Positions 54,476 to 64,000 of a DNA stretch of 64,000 bases are shown piece by piece. How positions within the stretch are numbered: position 1 is the first letter of the stretch; each line of letters starts with the position of its first letter. Location: assembly GCA_902491475.1 (NCBI GenBank), contig CABUHY010000008.1:1986-65985 (forward strand), given 5' to 3'. The position numbers and the translations under genes were made by a program. This DNA is from an uncultured Eubacteriales bacterium. GTDB lineage: Bacteria > Bacillota > Clostridia > Oscillospirales > Acutalibacteraceae. Under the pieces are notes generated by a model that saw only the letters and a list, made by a program, of their open reading frames with translations, made no database searches and was not told the DNA's origin.

Positions 54476-56146
54476 TCAGAACAAGCCCTTGATATTGCCG
54501 TCGGTATCGACATCAATGTTATATGCCGCAGGCTGTTTGGGAAGTCCCGGCATAGTCATTATGTCGCCCGTCAAGGCAACTACAAATCCCGCACCTGCGG
54601 AAAGTCTGACATCGCGCACGGTAATTGTGAAGTTTTCGGGCTTGCCGAGCTTTGTCGGGTCGTCCGAGAGAGAATACTGCGTTTTTGCAACGCAAACGGG
54701 AAGCTTATCCTTGCCAAGCGCCTCGATTTCGGCAATCGCCTTTTCTGCCGCCTTGGTGTAGTTTACGCCGTCCGCTCTGTAAATTTCACGGGCGATAATT
54801 TCAAGTTTTTCCTTTATCGGAAGCTGTGCGTCATAAAGCGGCTTAAACTGCGAGGGCTTTTCCTCAATCGTCTTAACCACCTTTTTTGCAAGGTCAACTC
54901 CGCCGTCTCCGCCGTTTGCAAAGACCTCCGTGAGCGAAACAAGCACATCGTGCTCCTCGCAGAAGTCCTCGATTATCCTGATTTCGTCGTCCGTATCGGT
55001 ATTGAAGCGGTTGATTGCGACAACAACGGGTACGCCGTATTTTTTCATATTCTCAATGTGGGTCTGCAAGTTTACAATGCCCTTTTTGAGCGCCGAAGTG
55101 TTTTCGTATTTCAAATCGCTCTTTGCAACGCCGCCGTTGTATTTGAGCGCACGGATAGTTGCGACAATAACGATGCATGAGGGAGCAATTCCCGCATATC
55201 TGCACTTTATGTCAAGGAACTTTTCCGCACCGAGGTCAGCGCCGAAGCCCGCTTCGGTTATGCAGTAATCGGCAAGCTTCAAGCCGAGCTTTGTTGCGGT
55301 AACGGAGTTGCAGCCGTGAGCTATATTCGCAAAAGGTCCGCCGTGCATAAGCGCAGGTGTGTTTTCAAGCGTTTGAACGAGATTCGGCTTTATAGCGTCC
55401 TTGAGAAGAGCCGCCATTGCGCCGACAGCCTTTAAGTCCTTGGCATAAATCGGCTTGCCGTCATAGGAATAAGCGACAAGTATTTTCCCGAGTCTGATTT
55501 TAAGGTCGTCAATATCGCTTGCAAGGCAGAGAATTGCCATAACCTCGGAAGCGACGGTAATCATAAAGCCGTCCTCCCTCGGTACGCCGTTTACCTTGCC
55601 GCCGAGACCGATAACAACATTTCTCAACGCCCTGTCGTTCATATCAAGACAGCGTTTGAACAAAATTCTTCTCGGGTCGATTGAAAGCTCGTTGCCCTGC
55701 TGAATGTGGTTGTCAACAATCGCACAAAGCAGATTGTTAGCCGCCGTAATTGCGTGCATATCGCCCGTAAAGTGCAGGTTGATGTCCTCCATAGGGATAA
55801 CCTGAGCGTATCCGCCGCCTGCCGCTCCGCCTTTTATGCCGAAAACGGGTCCCATTGACGGCTCGCGCAGAGCAATCACCGCATTTTTGCCGATTTTGTT
55901 CATAGCCTCGCCCAAGCCGACGGTAACTGTGGTTTTACCCTCTCCCGCAGGTGTGGGATTGATTGCCGTGACAAGTATAAGCTTGCCGTCGGGTCTGTCC
56001 GCATATTTATCGACAAGCGAAAGCGGCAACTTCGCCTTGTATTTTCCGTAAAATTCGAGGTCGTCATCCTCAATGGAAAGACTTTTTGCTATTTCCTTAA
56101 TAGGCAAGCATTCGGCTTTTTGTGCTATTTCAATGTCAGATAACAT
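54476..56146 (-). CDS. fhs: Formate--tetrahydrofolate ligase
   Basis: Start at the ATG at 56146, with an AGGAGG RBS. The P-loop is [10 protein letters not shown], and the whole ORF resembles FTHFS. Confidence 0.93.
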   Translation of the reverse strand: MLSDIEIAQKAECLPIKEIAKSLSIEDDDLEFYGKYKAKLPLSLVDKYADRPDGKLILVTAINPTPAGEGKTTVTVGLGEAMNKIGKNAVIALREPSMGPVFGIKGGAAGGGYAQVIPMEDINLHFTGDMHAITAANNLLCAIVDNHIQQGNELSIDPRRILFKRCLDMNDRALRNVVIGLGGKVNGVPREDGFMITVASEVMAILCLASDIDDLKIRLGKILVAYSYDGKPIYAKDLKAVGAMAALLKDAIKPNLVQTLENTPALMHGGPFANIAHGCNSVTATKLGLKLADYCITEAGFGADLGAEKFLDIKCRYAGIAPSCIVIVATIRALKYNGGVAKSDLKYENTSALKKGIVNLQTHIENMKKYGVPVVVAINRFNTDTDDEIRIIEDFCEEHDVLVSLTEVFANGGDGGVDLAKKVVKTIEEKPSQFKPLYDAQLPIKEKLEIIAREIYRADGVNYTKAAEKAIAEIEALGKDKLPVCVAKTQYSLSDDPTKLGKPENFTITVRDVRLSAGAGFVVALTGDIMTMPGLPKQPAAYNIDVDTDGNIKGLF

Positions 56147-56147
56147 T

Positions 56148-56948
56148 TTAATTCCTCCTGAGTAAATTATCGATATGCTGTTTGGTCTGCTTTGCCCAAG
56201 CATAACCGTTCATATATTCGTTCTGATATTCCTTGACCGCATTTTCATCGTTCTTGAAAAGATTGTAGCAGTCGCAGTCAAATTTTGATGTGTCAACGCT
56301 TCGCTGATTTCGGGCGTCAATGAGTATGTCAAGCACTCCCGCGTCGGACAAAGCGGTGCGAAGACTTTTCAAGACCTTTCTGAAAAGGCTCTGAACCGAT
56401 TCGTCGTAGTTTCTGTCGGGCCAAAGCGCAGACACGGCATTCTCGGTGCTTACGGAGCCTCCCCGCCTGTCAACAAGAAGCGCAAGCAATTCCTTTGACT
56501 TTGACGATGAAAAATGAATGGGCTTGCCGTCAACAAACACATCAAAATATCCGAATGTCTTTATAAACACATTGGGTCCGTAACGGTGCGGAATGTTTGT
56601 CCTGACCTTATTGAGCTGTTCGAGTATCATATCGTCCGAAAAGGGCTTTAGAATATATCCGACCGCATTTACGCCGAAAGCCTCGTAAGCGTATTCCTTG
56701 AAGCCCGTGACGAAAATGATTTTCATATCGGGTCTTATCCTGTTAAATCGCTTTGCAAGCTCAAGTCCCGACATAACGGGCATTTCAATGTCAAGAAACG
56801 CCACATCGACGGTGTTGAGAACCGTATATTCAAGTGCGTCGGCAGGGTTTGAAAATGTATTTATGCTTGTTACGAAATCAAAGCCCTCGCAAATATCCTT
56901 TATGTCCTCCAACACGAGGTTTTCGTCATCGACTGCTATAATATTCAT
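56148..56948 (-). CDS. Response regulator: receiver plus SARP/OmpR-like winged-helix output domain
   Basis: 266 aa. The receiver has DDE and [11 protein letters not shown]. The C-terminal region [32 protein letters not shown] resembles SARP-type wHTH. The stop lies 1 nt before the fhs ATG. Confidence 0.75.
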   Translation of the reverse strand: MNIIAVDDENLVLEDIKDICEGFDFVTSINTFSNPADALEYTVLNTVDVAFLDIEMPVMSGLELAKRFNRIRPDMKIIFVTGFKEYAYEAFGVNAVGYILKPFSDDMILEQLNKVRTNIPHRYGPNVFIKTFGYFDVFVDGKPIHFSSSKSKELLALLVDRRGGSVSTENAVSALWPDRNYDESVQSLFRKVLKSLRTALSDAGVLDILIDARNQRSVDTSKFDCDCYNLFKNDENAVKEYQNEYMNGYAWAKQTKQHIDNLLRRN

Positions 56949-58921
56949 ATATTCATCTCCCCGAAAATATCTTTTCTGCTTTGCAATTCAAGACTTTCTT
57001 TCAGCGTTTTGACATTTTTGTCTTTCGGAAGCGTAACGGTAACCGTTGTACCTGCCCCCTCTTTGCTTTCAATCGAAACGCTGCCGCCCATTATATCGGC
57101 AAAGCGCTGTTTTATGTTGGCAATTCCGACATGAGACCTTCCGTCGTTGCGCTCTGTTTCAAGCGAGTTTACATCAAAGCCCTTGCCGTCGTCCTCAACC
57201 TTTATATAGAAATTCTTTTCATCCTCATAAGTTGAAACCGTGACCGTTCCGCCCTCGGGCTTTTTGGTAACCCCGTGCTTTATGGCGTTTTCGACTATCG
57301 GCTGAACGCTCAAAGTCGGAACATAGAACGAATCGGGACCTATTTCGTAATAAATATCAAGCTTATCCCCGAAACGGAGCTTTTCGATATTGCAATAATA
57401 CTTGACATGCTCCAATTCCTCGCCGAACGGAATCGGGTCCTTTTGCGTAAGGCTGTCCATATTGCCTCTGAGATAAAGCGAAAAGTCAATAACCGCCTTT
57501 TCTGCCTTCTTGGGGTCTCTTTTTATCAGCGATTTTATGGTGTTCAACGCATTATAGAGGAAATGCGGCTGAATCTGTGAAATCATAACTGCGGTGTTTG
57601 CCCTTTCAAGCTCCGCTTCAAGGCTTCTCGCTTTAAGCGCATAATTGTAAAACTGCCTTATCCTCAGCGCTTGAATTATAAGCGTTACAAGCGCAAACGC
57701 AAAGAAGCATATCGGCATAACCGCCGAGCAGTTTACCCTTATCAAACCGTTTGTGTACGCCACATCCACGGTAAGTCCGAACACGAGAAACAGGTACGAA
57801 AACAGATACAAAAACGCATACGGCGTCTTTTTGACGATTTCGATACACAGCTTGTTTATCGTGTAAAAGTCTATTACAAGCGAAAGCATTTGCAGGCTTA
57901 AATAGTAGTATGTGTCGAAAATCGAGTTCGGCAGGAAGTTTATGGAGATTGCAAGCCAGAGTATCGTAGCGCACATTGCGACAATCGTATTGTCGTGAAC
58001 CTTTATATCAAGGCTTTTAACGATATAAATCAACGCAATAAGCTTTATTATAAATGTGGAAATGAAGATAAACACATTCATTTCCTCGTAGCCGATATTG
58101 AACATATACGGCTGAATTACGCTGTAGCTCTCGGTCGTTATCAACATTCTCAGCAACAGGAAGAAAGCAAGAAACGGAAGCCACGGGGTATATTGCTCGC
58201 GGCTTACAAACTTTCTGAAAATTATAAACAGAAGTCCGCAAAGGAAAACGATACCGCAAAGCACGAAACGCAGCGCAATTTTTGAGCTTAAAGAATAATT
58301 GTCGTTGGTGTATTCCGTGAGATAGACAGGCAGATAAATTCCCGAAAAGTGGTCAGCCGAAATCTCAACCACAACCTCGTATTCCTCTCCCGGCAAAAGC
58401 TTGAACGGCAGAGAATAATGCCCTGCCGAAGTAACCGTTTCGTTATATGTTTTCGACGGTGTGCCGCTTATCGTTACAAGTTCGCCGCCGACATATATTT
58501 TGTAGGCGCAGGCAATGTTCGGGATATATATCGTAAGATAAGAATCGGAATTTACATTTGTTATGTAGCTCCTGTACGAAGCGTAGCCGCCGGCGGAATA
58601 CTTCCTTGTTTCAAGGACTCCCGACCAGGAGGACGGCACATCAATCATCTCACGCCTGGGGCTGACCGTAAGGTTGTCGCTTTTCAAAAAAGCGGAGTGG
58701 TAAAACTCCCACTCGCCCGTAAGATAAATGCCCCCGCCGTCCGAAAAATCAACGCTTGAAAGGTCAAAATGAGCGTTCCCAATATTGCAGGGGTCGGTTT
58801 TCTTCGCCGAAACGAAGTTGCACACAAAGACAGTACCCAACAAAACAGCCGCCGTCAAAAGCACCGTTACAATAAGCAGTATATTTGATTTTAACTGTTG
58901 TTTGCCGTCCGCCGTATGCAA
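56945..58921 (-). CDS. Sensor histidine kinase, LytS/YehU type, with 7TMR-DISM-like sensor
   Basis: 658 aa. An extracellular N-domain (LTGEWEFYHSAFL) is followed by about 7 TM helices. The His_kinase motif is QIQPHFLYNALNTI, and a HATPase_c domain follows. It overlaps the response regulator start by 4 nt. Confidence 0.8.
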   Translation of the reverse strand: MHTADGKQQLKSNILLIVTVLLTAAVLLGTVFVCNFVSAKKTDPCNIGNAHFDLSSVDFSDGGGIYLTGEWEFYHSAFLKSDNLTVSPRREMIDVPSSWSGVLETRKYSAGGYASYRSYITNVNSDSYLTIYIPNIACAYKIYVGGELVTISGTPSKTYNETVTSAGHYSLPFKLLPGEEYEVVVEISADHFSGIYLPVYLTEYTNDNYSLSSKIALRFVLCGIVFLCGLLFIIFRKFVSREQYTPWLPFLAFFLLLRMLITTESYSVIQPYMFNIGYEEMNVFIFISTFIIKLIALIYIVKSLDIKVHDNTIVAMCATILWLAISINFLPNSIFDTYYYLSLQMLSLVIDFYTINKLCIEIVKKTPYAFLYLFSYLFLVFGLTVDVAYTNGLIRVNCSAVMPICFFAFALVTLIIQALRIRQFYNYALKARSLEAELERANTAVMISQIQPHFLYNALNTIKSLIKRDPKKAEKAVIDFSLYLRGNMDSLTQKDPIPFGEELEHVKYYCNIEKLRFGDKLDIYYEIGPDSFYVPTLSVQPIVENAIKHGVTKKPEGGTVTVSTYEDEKNFYIKVEDDGKGFDVNSLETERNDGRSHVGIANIKQRFADIMGGSVSIESKEGAGTTVTVTLPKDKNVKTLKESLELQSRKDIFGEMNI

Positions 58922-59000
58922 AATCCCATCACTGTCCTTTTTAACAGTGTAATTATACTATATACCTTAAAATAAAACAAGCATTTTTATTCATTCTCGG

Positions 59001-59029
59001 TTGACAACAAATGATTATAAAGGTATAAT
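59001..59029 (+). promoter_or_regulatory. Consensus SigA promoter of alaS
   Basis: TTGACA, 17-nt spacer, TATAAT, 57 nt upstream of the ATG. Confidence 0.65.
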
Positions 59030-59085
59030 TTTTAAGATTATAAAGGGAAAGTGTTTTCGGACGCTTTTTACAAGGAGATATTACA

Positions 59086-61725
59086 ATGGAATGGACATCA
59101 CTTAACGATTTGAGAGAAAAATATCTTGAATTTTTCGAGTCTAAGGGACACCTGAGACTTGAGAGCTTTTCTCTTATTCCGCACAATGATAAGAGCCTTC
59201 TTCTTATCAACTCGGGAATGGCTCCGATGAAAAAGTATTTCACGGGCGAAATTACTCCCCCGAGAAAAAGAGTTACAACCTGTCAGAAATGTATCCGTAC
59301 CCCCGACATTGAGAATGTCGGCAAAACCGCAAGGCATGGCACTTTCTTTGAAATGCTCGGCAACTTCTCGTTCGGCGATTACTTCAAGAAAGAGGTTATT
59401 CCGTGGGCTTGGGAGTTCTGCACAAAGGTTATGGAAATGGACCCCGAAAAGCTTTATATCAGCGTATATGAAGAGGACGACGAGGCTTACGATATTTGGA
59501 CCAAGACAATCGGCGTAAAGCCCGACCATATGGTTCGTTTCGGCAAAGAGGACAACTTCTGGGAGCACGGTGCAGGTCCCTGCGGTCCCTGTTCCGAAAT
59601 CTACTACGACAGAGGCGAAAAGTACGGCTGCGGAAAGCCCGACTGCAAGGTCGGCTGTGAATGCGACAGATACATTGAGTTCTGGAACCTTGTTTTCACA
59701 CAGTTTGAAAACGACGGCAACAACAACTATACAAGACTTGCCCACCCCAATATCGATACGGGTATGGGTCTTGAAAGGCTTGCTTGCATTTCGCAGGATG
59801 TTGACAATCTCTTTGAGGTTGACACCGTTCAGAACATAATGAAGCACATTATGAGAATTGCGAACATCGAATATCATCAGGACCCCAAAAAGGATGTTTC
59901 GCTTCGTGTTATTACTGACCATATCAGAAGTACGACAATGATGATAGGCGACGGCGTTATGCCCTCAAACGAAGGCAGAGGCTATGTTCTTCGCCGTCTT
60001 TTAAGGCGTGCGGCAAGACACGGCAGATTGCTCGGAATAAAGGGCACCTTCCTCTCCGAGGTTGCGGAAACGGTTATCAACGAAAACAAGACCGCTTACC
60101 CGAACCTTGTTGAAAAGCACGACTTTATCATAAATGTTATCAAGGCGGAAGAAGAAAGCTTTGCAAAGACCATTGACACGGGTCTTATGATTTTCAATCA
60201 GATGATTGAAAACCTTGACGGAAAGGTTTTAAGCGGCGAGGACGCTTTCAAGCTCTCCGATACCTACGGTTTCCCGATTGACCTTACAAAGGAGCTTCTT
60301 GAAGAAAAGGGTCTTACCGTTGACGAGGACAGATGGGCTCAGCTTGTCAAGGAGCAGAAAATCCGTGCAAGAGCCGCTCATAAGGGCGCAGGCGCAGAGG
60401 CTTGGGAAGGCACGGGCAATGTAACAAAGGATATTGAAAAGACTGATTTTGTCGGCTATACATCGCTTGAAGCGGACGCACAGATAAAGGCTATCGTCGT
60501 TGACGGCGAAAGAAAAGAATATGCAACAGAGGACGACAATATAACGCTTGTTCTTGACACCACCCCGTTCTATGCCGAAAGCGGCGGACAGGTCGGCGAC
60601 AGCGGCGTTATCAAGGGCGACGGCTTCACATTTGAGGTAACATCGGCAACAAAAACTCATGAGGGTGTTATTCTCCATCACGGCTCGATAACCGACGGCG
60701 AGTCCTTAAAGCTCGGCGACAATGTTCATGCGGAAGTAAACCGTGAGACAAGAGAAGCTACAATGCGCAACCACACGGCGGCTCACTTGCTTCAGGCGGC
60801 TTTGAGAAAGGTACTCGGCAGCCATGTTGAGCAGGCAGGCCAGCTTGTAACCCCCGATGAGGTCCGTTTTGACTTCACACATTTCTCGGCTCTCACTTCG
60901 GACGAGCTCAAGGCTGTTGAAAACGAAGTAAACACCGCCATTATGTCGGCTGTTGAGGTTACGACAAAGGAAATGCCCATTGACGAGGCTAAGAAGCTCG
61001 GCGCAATGGCTCTCTTCGGAGAAAAATACGGCGATATAGTAAGAGTTGTAAAAGCAGGCGATTTCTCGACCGAGCTTTGCGGCGGTACGCACGCAAAGAA
61101 CACGGGCAACCTCGGACTTTTCAAAATCGTTTCCGAGTCCTCCGTCGCTTCGGGCGTCAGAAGAATTGTCGGCGTAACAGGCTTCAATGTTATGAAATAT
61201 ATCGACAACGCAAACAAGGAAATCCGCGACACTGCGGCAGCTCTTAAAATCACAAATGTTGCGGATGTCGTTTCAAAGGCACAGGCAACGGTTGCCGAGC
61301 TTAAAGCTACACAGAAAGAGCTTGAAGCTCTCAATTCACAGCTTGCCGCTTCAAAGGCTTCGGACCTTATGAAGAATGCAAAGCAGGTCGGCGATGTTAT
61401 GGTTATTGCCGCAGATTTGGGCGAAGCAGGCGCAAATGAGCTGCGTTCAATGTGCGACAAGGCTAAAGAGCAGGGCGAAAATACAGTAGCCGTATTTGCC
61501 GGCGTTAACAAAGAAAAAGGCACAGGCTCGTTTGCTTGCTGCGTAGGCAAGGACGCATTGGCTCACGGTGCGCACGCAGGCAACATTGTCCGTCAGGTTG
61601 CGGCTGTTGCAGGCGGCTCGGGCGGCGGAAAGCCCGACAGCGCAATGGCAGGTGCCAAGGACATTTCAAAAATAGCACAGGCTCTTGAAATGACTGCTTC
61701 CATAGTCGAAGCAATGCTTAAATGA
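59086..61725 (+). CDS. alaS: Alanine--tRNA ligase
   Basis: 879 aa. It has class II motifs, an editing domain (HTAAHLL, CGGTH) and a C-terminal DHHA1 domain. Confidence 0.95.
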   Translation: MEWTSLNDLREKYLEFFESKGHLRLESFSLIPHNDKSLLLINSGMAPMKKYFTGEITPPRKRVTTCQKCIRTPDIENVGKTARHGTFFEMLGNFSFGDYFKKEVIPWAWEFCTKVMEMDPEKLYISVYEEDDEAYDIWTKTIGVKPDHMVRFGKEDNFWEHGAGPCGPCSEIYYDRGEKYGCGKPDCKVGCECDRYIEFWNLVFTQFENDGNNNYTRLAHPNIDTGMGLERLACISQDVDNLFEVDTVQNIMKHIMRIANIEYHQDPKKDVSLRVITDHIRSTTMMIGDGVMPSNEGRGYVLRRLLRRAARHGRLLGIKGTFLSEVAETVINENKTAYPNLVEKHDFIINVIKAEEESFAKTIDTGLMIFNQMIENLDGKVLSGEDAFKLSDTYGFPIDLTKELLEEKGLTVDEDRWAQLVKEQKIRARAAHKGAGAEAWEGTGNVTKDIEKTDFVGYTSLEADAQIKAIVVDGERKEYATEDDNITLVLDTTPFYAESGGQVGDSGVIKGDGFTFEVTSATKTHEGVILHHGSITDGESLKLGDNVHAEVNRETREATMRNHTAAHLLQAALRKVLGSHVEQAGQLVTPDEVRFDFTHFSALTSDELKAVENEVNTAIMSAVEVTTKEMPIDEAKKLGAMALFGEKYGDIVRVVKAGDFSTELCGGTHAKNTGNLGLFKIVSESSVASGVRRIVGVTGFNVMKYIDNANKEIRDTAAALKITNVADVVSKAQATVAELKATQKELEALNSQLAASKASDLMKNAKQVGDVMVIAADLGEAGANELRSMCDKAKEQGENTVAVFAGVNKEKGTGSFACCVGKDALAHGAHAGNIVRQVAAVAGGSGGGKPDSAMAGAKDISKIAQALEMTASIVEAMLK

Positions 61726-61735
61726 GGTGTAAAAT

Positions 61736-62074
61736 ATGAGTGATTGTATTTTCTGCAAGATTATTTCAGGCGAAATCCCATCAAAGAAAATTTATGAGGA
61801 CGATTTATGTTATGCATTTTATGACATAGAGCCTCAGTCGGATGTACATTTTCTTGTTGTTCCGAAAGAACATATCGAATGTGCAAAGGATATAAACAAG
61901 GAGAATTCCTCCCTTGTAGCGCACATTTTCGAAGTTATTGCGGAACTTACAAGCGAAATGCAGCTTGACAGTTACAGAATAATAAACAACTGCGGCGAGG
62001 GCGCGGGACAGACGGTTAAACACCTTCATTTCCATGTGTTGAGCGGCAGCAATCTCGGCGAAAGACTTGTATAA
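61736..62074 (+). CDS. HIT family (histidine triad) protein
   Basis: 112 aa with CIFCKII at the N-terminus and the triad HLHFHVL. Confidence 0.85.
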   Translation: MSDCIFCKIISGEIPSKKIYEDDLCYAFYDIEPQSDVHFLVVPKEHIECAKDINKENSSLVAHIFEVIAELTSEMQLDSYRIINNCGEGAGQTVKHLHFHVLSGSNLGERLV

Positions 62075-62077
62075 AGT

Positions 62078-64000
62078 ATGAAACGCCCACTTGCCGTAAT
62101 AGGGTTTTCAATGCTTCTTGTGTTGACCCTGTTCAGCAAAACCAATAACAGCAATGCGGCAAGCGTTACCCTGGCGGTTTCGCTTGCTTTGTTGTTTGTA
62201 TCACTGTTTATTAAACCGCTCAGACAAAATATGACCGTTCCGACTGCGTTACTGTCAATCTGTACCGCCCTGTGCCTGTTTGTGACGGCAAACGCACAGT
62301 ATGAAATAATCTCAAAGATATACAATGACACCACCGTTACGGTAAGCGGCTCTCTTATTTCACTGCCGACAACCAACGGTTCACTGAAATATTACACCGT
62401 GAGAACCGATGAGGTAAACGGTGCCAAGGAACATATCAACATAAGAATTGCCTCCTCTTCCCCTATCGACCTTGAACCCACCGACACTTTAACCGCCAAG
62501 CTCGACACATATGTTCTCGGAACCGAGGACGACGAATTTCTCGAATACTACCGTTCAAAGAATATTCTTGTCGGCGGCACCTTTAACGGCGACGACGCAC
62601 AAGTGGTCAAGGGCAACAATAAAAACATCAACAGTCTTATTCTAAAGGTAAGATATAAGCTTTACAACGAAATAACAAGTGTTTTGCCGAACGATTACGG
62701 CGCTGTTGTGTGCGGACTTGTGCTCGGCGAAAAATCGGCGTTGAGCGAACGGGTCTCCAACGCATTCAGACTTTGCGGCGTATCGCATCTGTTTGCGGTT
62801 TCGGGCTTGCATGTCAGCATTTGGTCGTCACTCATTTACGGGAAACTACGCAAATTCGGCTTGGGTAACAGGAAATCCTCTGCGGTTTCCATTCTGTTCT
62901 GCCTGTTCTTTATGCTGTTGACGGGTGCAAATCCGCCTGTTATCAGGGCGGGCTTTATGATGATACTCGTCTACGCTGCGAACATTGTACAAAAAGAGGC
63001 TGAACCGATAAATTCCATCGGCTTTTCACTGATAGTTATGCTGTTTCAAAACCCGTACTGTGCGTTGAGCATAAGCCTTTGGCTGAGCTTGCTTGCAACC
63101 CTCGGCATACTCATTTTGTATAACGGCATAAACGACATTCTTAAAAAGCCGTTTGAGAAAATACCGTCAAAGGCGGTAAAGTCCGCAATAAACTATGTCA
63201 TTTCCTTGGTTGCGGTCTGTATGAGCGTAAACATCTTTACCCTGCCCGTCTACTTCTTCAAGTTCAAGAGCATATCGCTTGTTCTGCTTGAAGCAAATCT
63301 CATAATGGTATTCTTGGGCAAGCTGTGTATGGAAATTGCGGGCGCAGGTTCGGTATTATCGCTTATCGGGCTCAAATTTATCGGCACGCCGCTGATTACC
63401 GTTTCGGGTGCCGTCGCAAAAGTTCTTATAGCGTCTGCACTGCATCTCTCGTCGTTGCGTTACCTGCTTATGCCCGTTACTTCTCCGCTGCTTATTGCTG
63501 TTTTCGGCATCTCTATGGCGACGCTGATATTTATGGCGCACATTCTCAAAAAGAAAGGCAAACCTCTTCGGATAACCGCACTGTGCCTTGCGCTTGTTTT
63601 CGTGCTTTGCGGCACATATGTGTATGCAAAGTCACTCTCAACTCCGGAGATAATCGTCAGACAAAGCGACGGCGGCACTTCTGCCGTTATAAAATACCGA
63701 GGTTACAGTGCAGTTATCTTTGCCGACAACGGAGACTATGCAGCAAGCTCCGTTTGTGATATAATTGATGATAATGCGGTAAGCCGTATCGATGTGCTTG
63801 CTCTTTACGCGCCCGAAGAACGGGCAAGAAAGCTGATAGAGTCATACGATGTCGGCGAAATCCTGACCGACGACCCCGACCTTTGCGACAAGGTTTATTA
63901 TGAGGGTAAACTCTCAAATATCGAATATCACACAATTTCGCTGTCGGCTCTCACGGTTGCGACGCAAAATGATTTCTGTCAGGTAATATTCAACGGTAAA
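62078..64000 (+). CDS. comEC: ComEC/Rec2 family DNA internalisation channel protein, 3' end cut by the window edge
   Basis: This ORF is absent from the supplied track. My translation from the ATG at 62078 stays open for 641 codons to the end of the window. It is polytopic and contains the ComEC signature CGVSHLFAVSGLHVSIW. Confidence 0.8.
   Translation, partial: MKRPLAVIGFSMLLVLTLFSKTNNSNAASVTLAVSLALLFVSLFIKPLRQNMTVPTALLSICTALCLFVTANAQYEIISKIYNDTTVTVSGSLISLPTTNGSLKYYTVRTDEVNGAKEHINIRIASSSPIDLEPTDTLTAKLDTYVLGTEDDEFLEYYRSKNILVGGTFNGDDAQVVKGNNKNINSLILKVRYKLYNEITSVLPNDYGAVVCGLVLGEKSALSERVSNAFRLCGVSHLFAVSGLHVSIWSSLIYGKLRKFGLGNRKSSAVSILFCLFFMLLTGANPPVIRAGFMMILVYAANIVQKEAEPINSIGFSLIVMLFQNPYCALSISLWLSLLATLGILILYNGINDILKKPFEKIPSKAVKSAINYVISLVAVCMSVNIFTLPVYFFKFKSISLVLLEANLIMVFLGKLCMEIAGAGSVLSLIGLKFIGTPLITVSGAVAKVLIASALHLSSLRYLLMPVTSPLLIAVFGISMATLIFMAHILKKKGKPLRITALCLALVFVLCGTYVYAKSLSTPEIIVRQSDGGTSAVIKYRGYSAVIFADNGDYAASSVCDIIDDNAVSRIDVLALYAPEERARKLIESYDVGEILTDDPDLCDKVYYEGKLSNIEYHTISLSALTVATQNDFCQVIFNGK

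Noticed and set aside
58922-59085. Possible T-box leader upstream of alaS.
   Set aside because: Only about 57 nt separate the -10 box from the ATG. I see no specifier loop, T-box sequence or terminator/antiterminator pair. The leader is too short for a T-box.

Overview
This is a gene-dense chromosomal segment that reads like a Clostridia (Bacillota) genome. All calls come from motif recognition by eye; I ran no database search and computed no composition statistics. Most of the window is housekeeping or ordinary metabolism: nth, a DnaD-domain protein plus a DnaI/DnaC-type helicase loader, htrA behind a two-component system, galM, an FHA-RodA/FtsW-PBP2 cluster, a three-gene ABC importer, adhE, ispDF, manA, an FMN riboswitch with ribU, a SAM-I riboswitch with metK, fhs, alaS, a HIT protein and a 3'-truncated comEC. 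The ORF track has two gaps. It omits comEC because that ORF runs off the window edge. It also cannot show two stand-alone RNA genes, a 5S rRNA (10164-10279, minus) and tRNA-Leu(CAG) (21828-21914, minus). I found no CRISPR array, transposase, integrase or obvious prophage. Six loci deserve a second look as possibly undescribed biology. (1) An AT-rich three-gene cassette at 50248-51780 encodes a secreted beta-rich protein and two tandem paralogous mini membrane proteins. (2) A 2230-aa LRR/SLH surface protein has an uncharacterised helical core. (3) The repeat- and hairpin-rich 613-bp spacer next to it. (4) An HxxxDG acyltransferase-like protein is translationally coupled to a polytopic membrane protein. 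(5) A leaderless sulfatase sits with TauE and GPH transporters, divergent from manA and an MFS gene. (6) A YtrA-type GntR and an ABC ATPase are followed by an atypical 823-aa membrane protein. I cannot show that any of these is truly novel without homology and neighbourhood searches.
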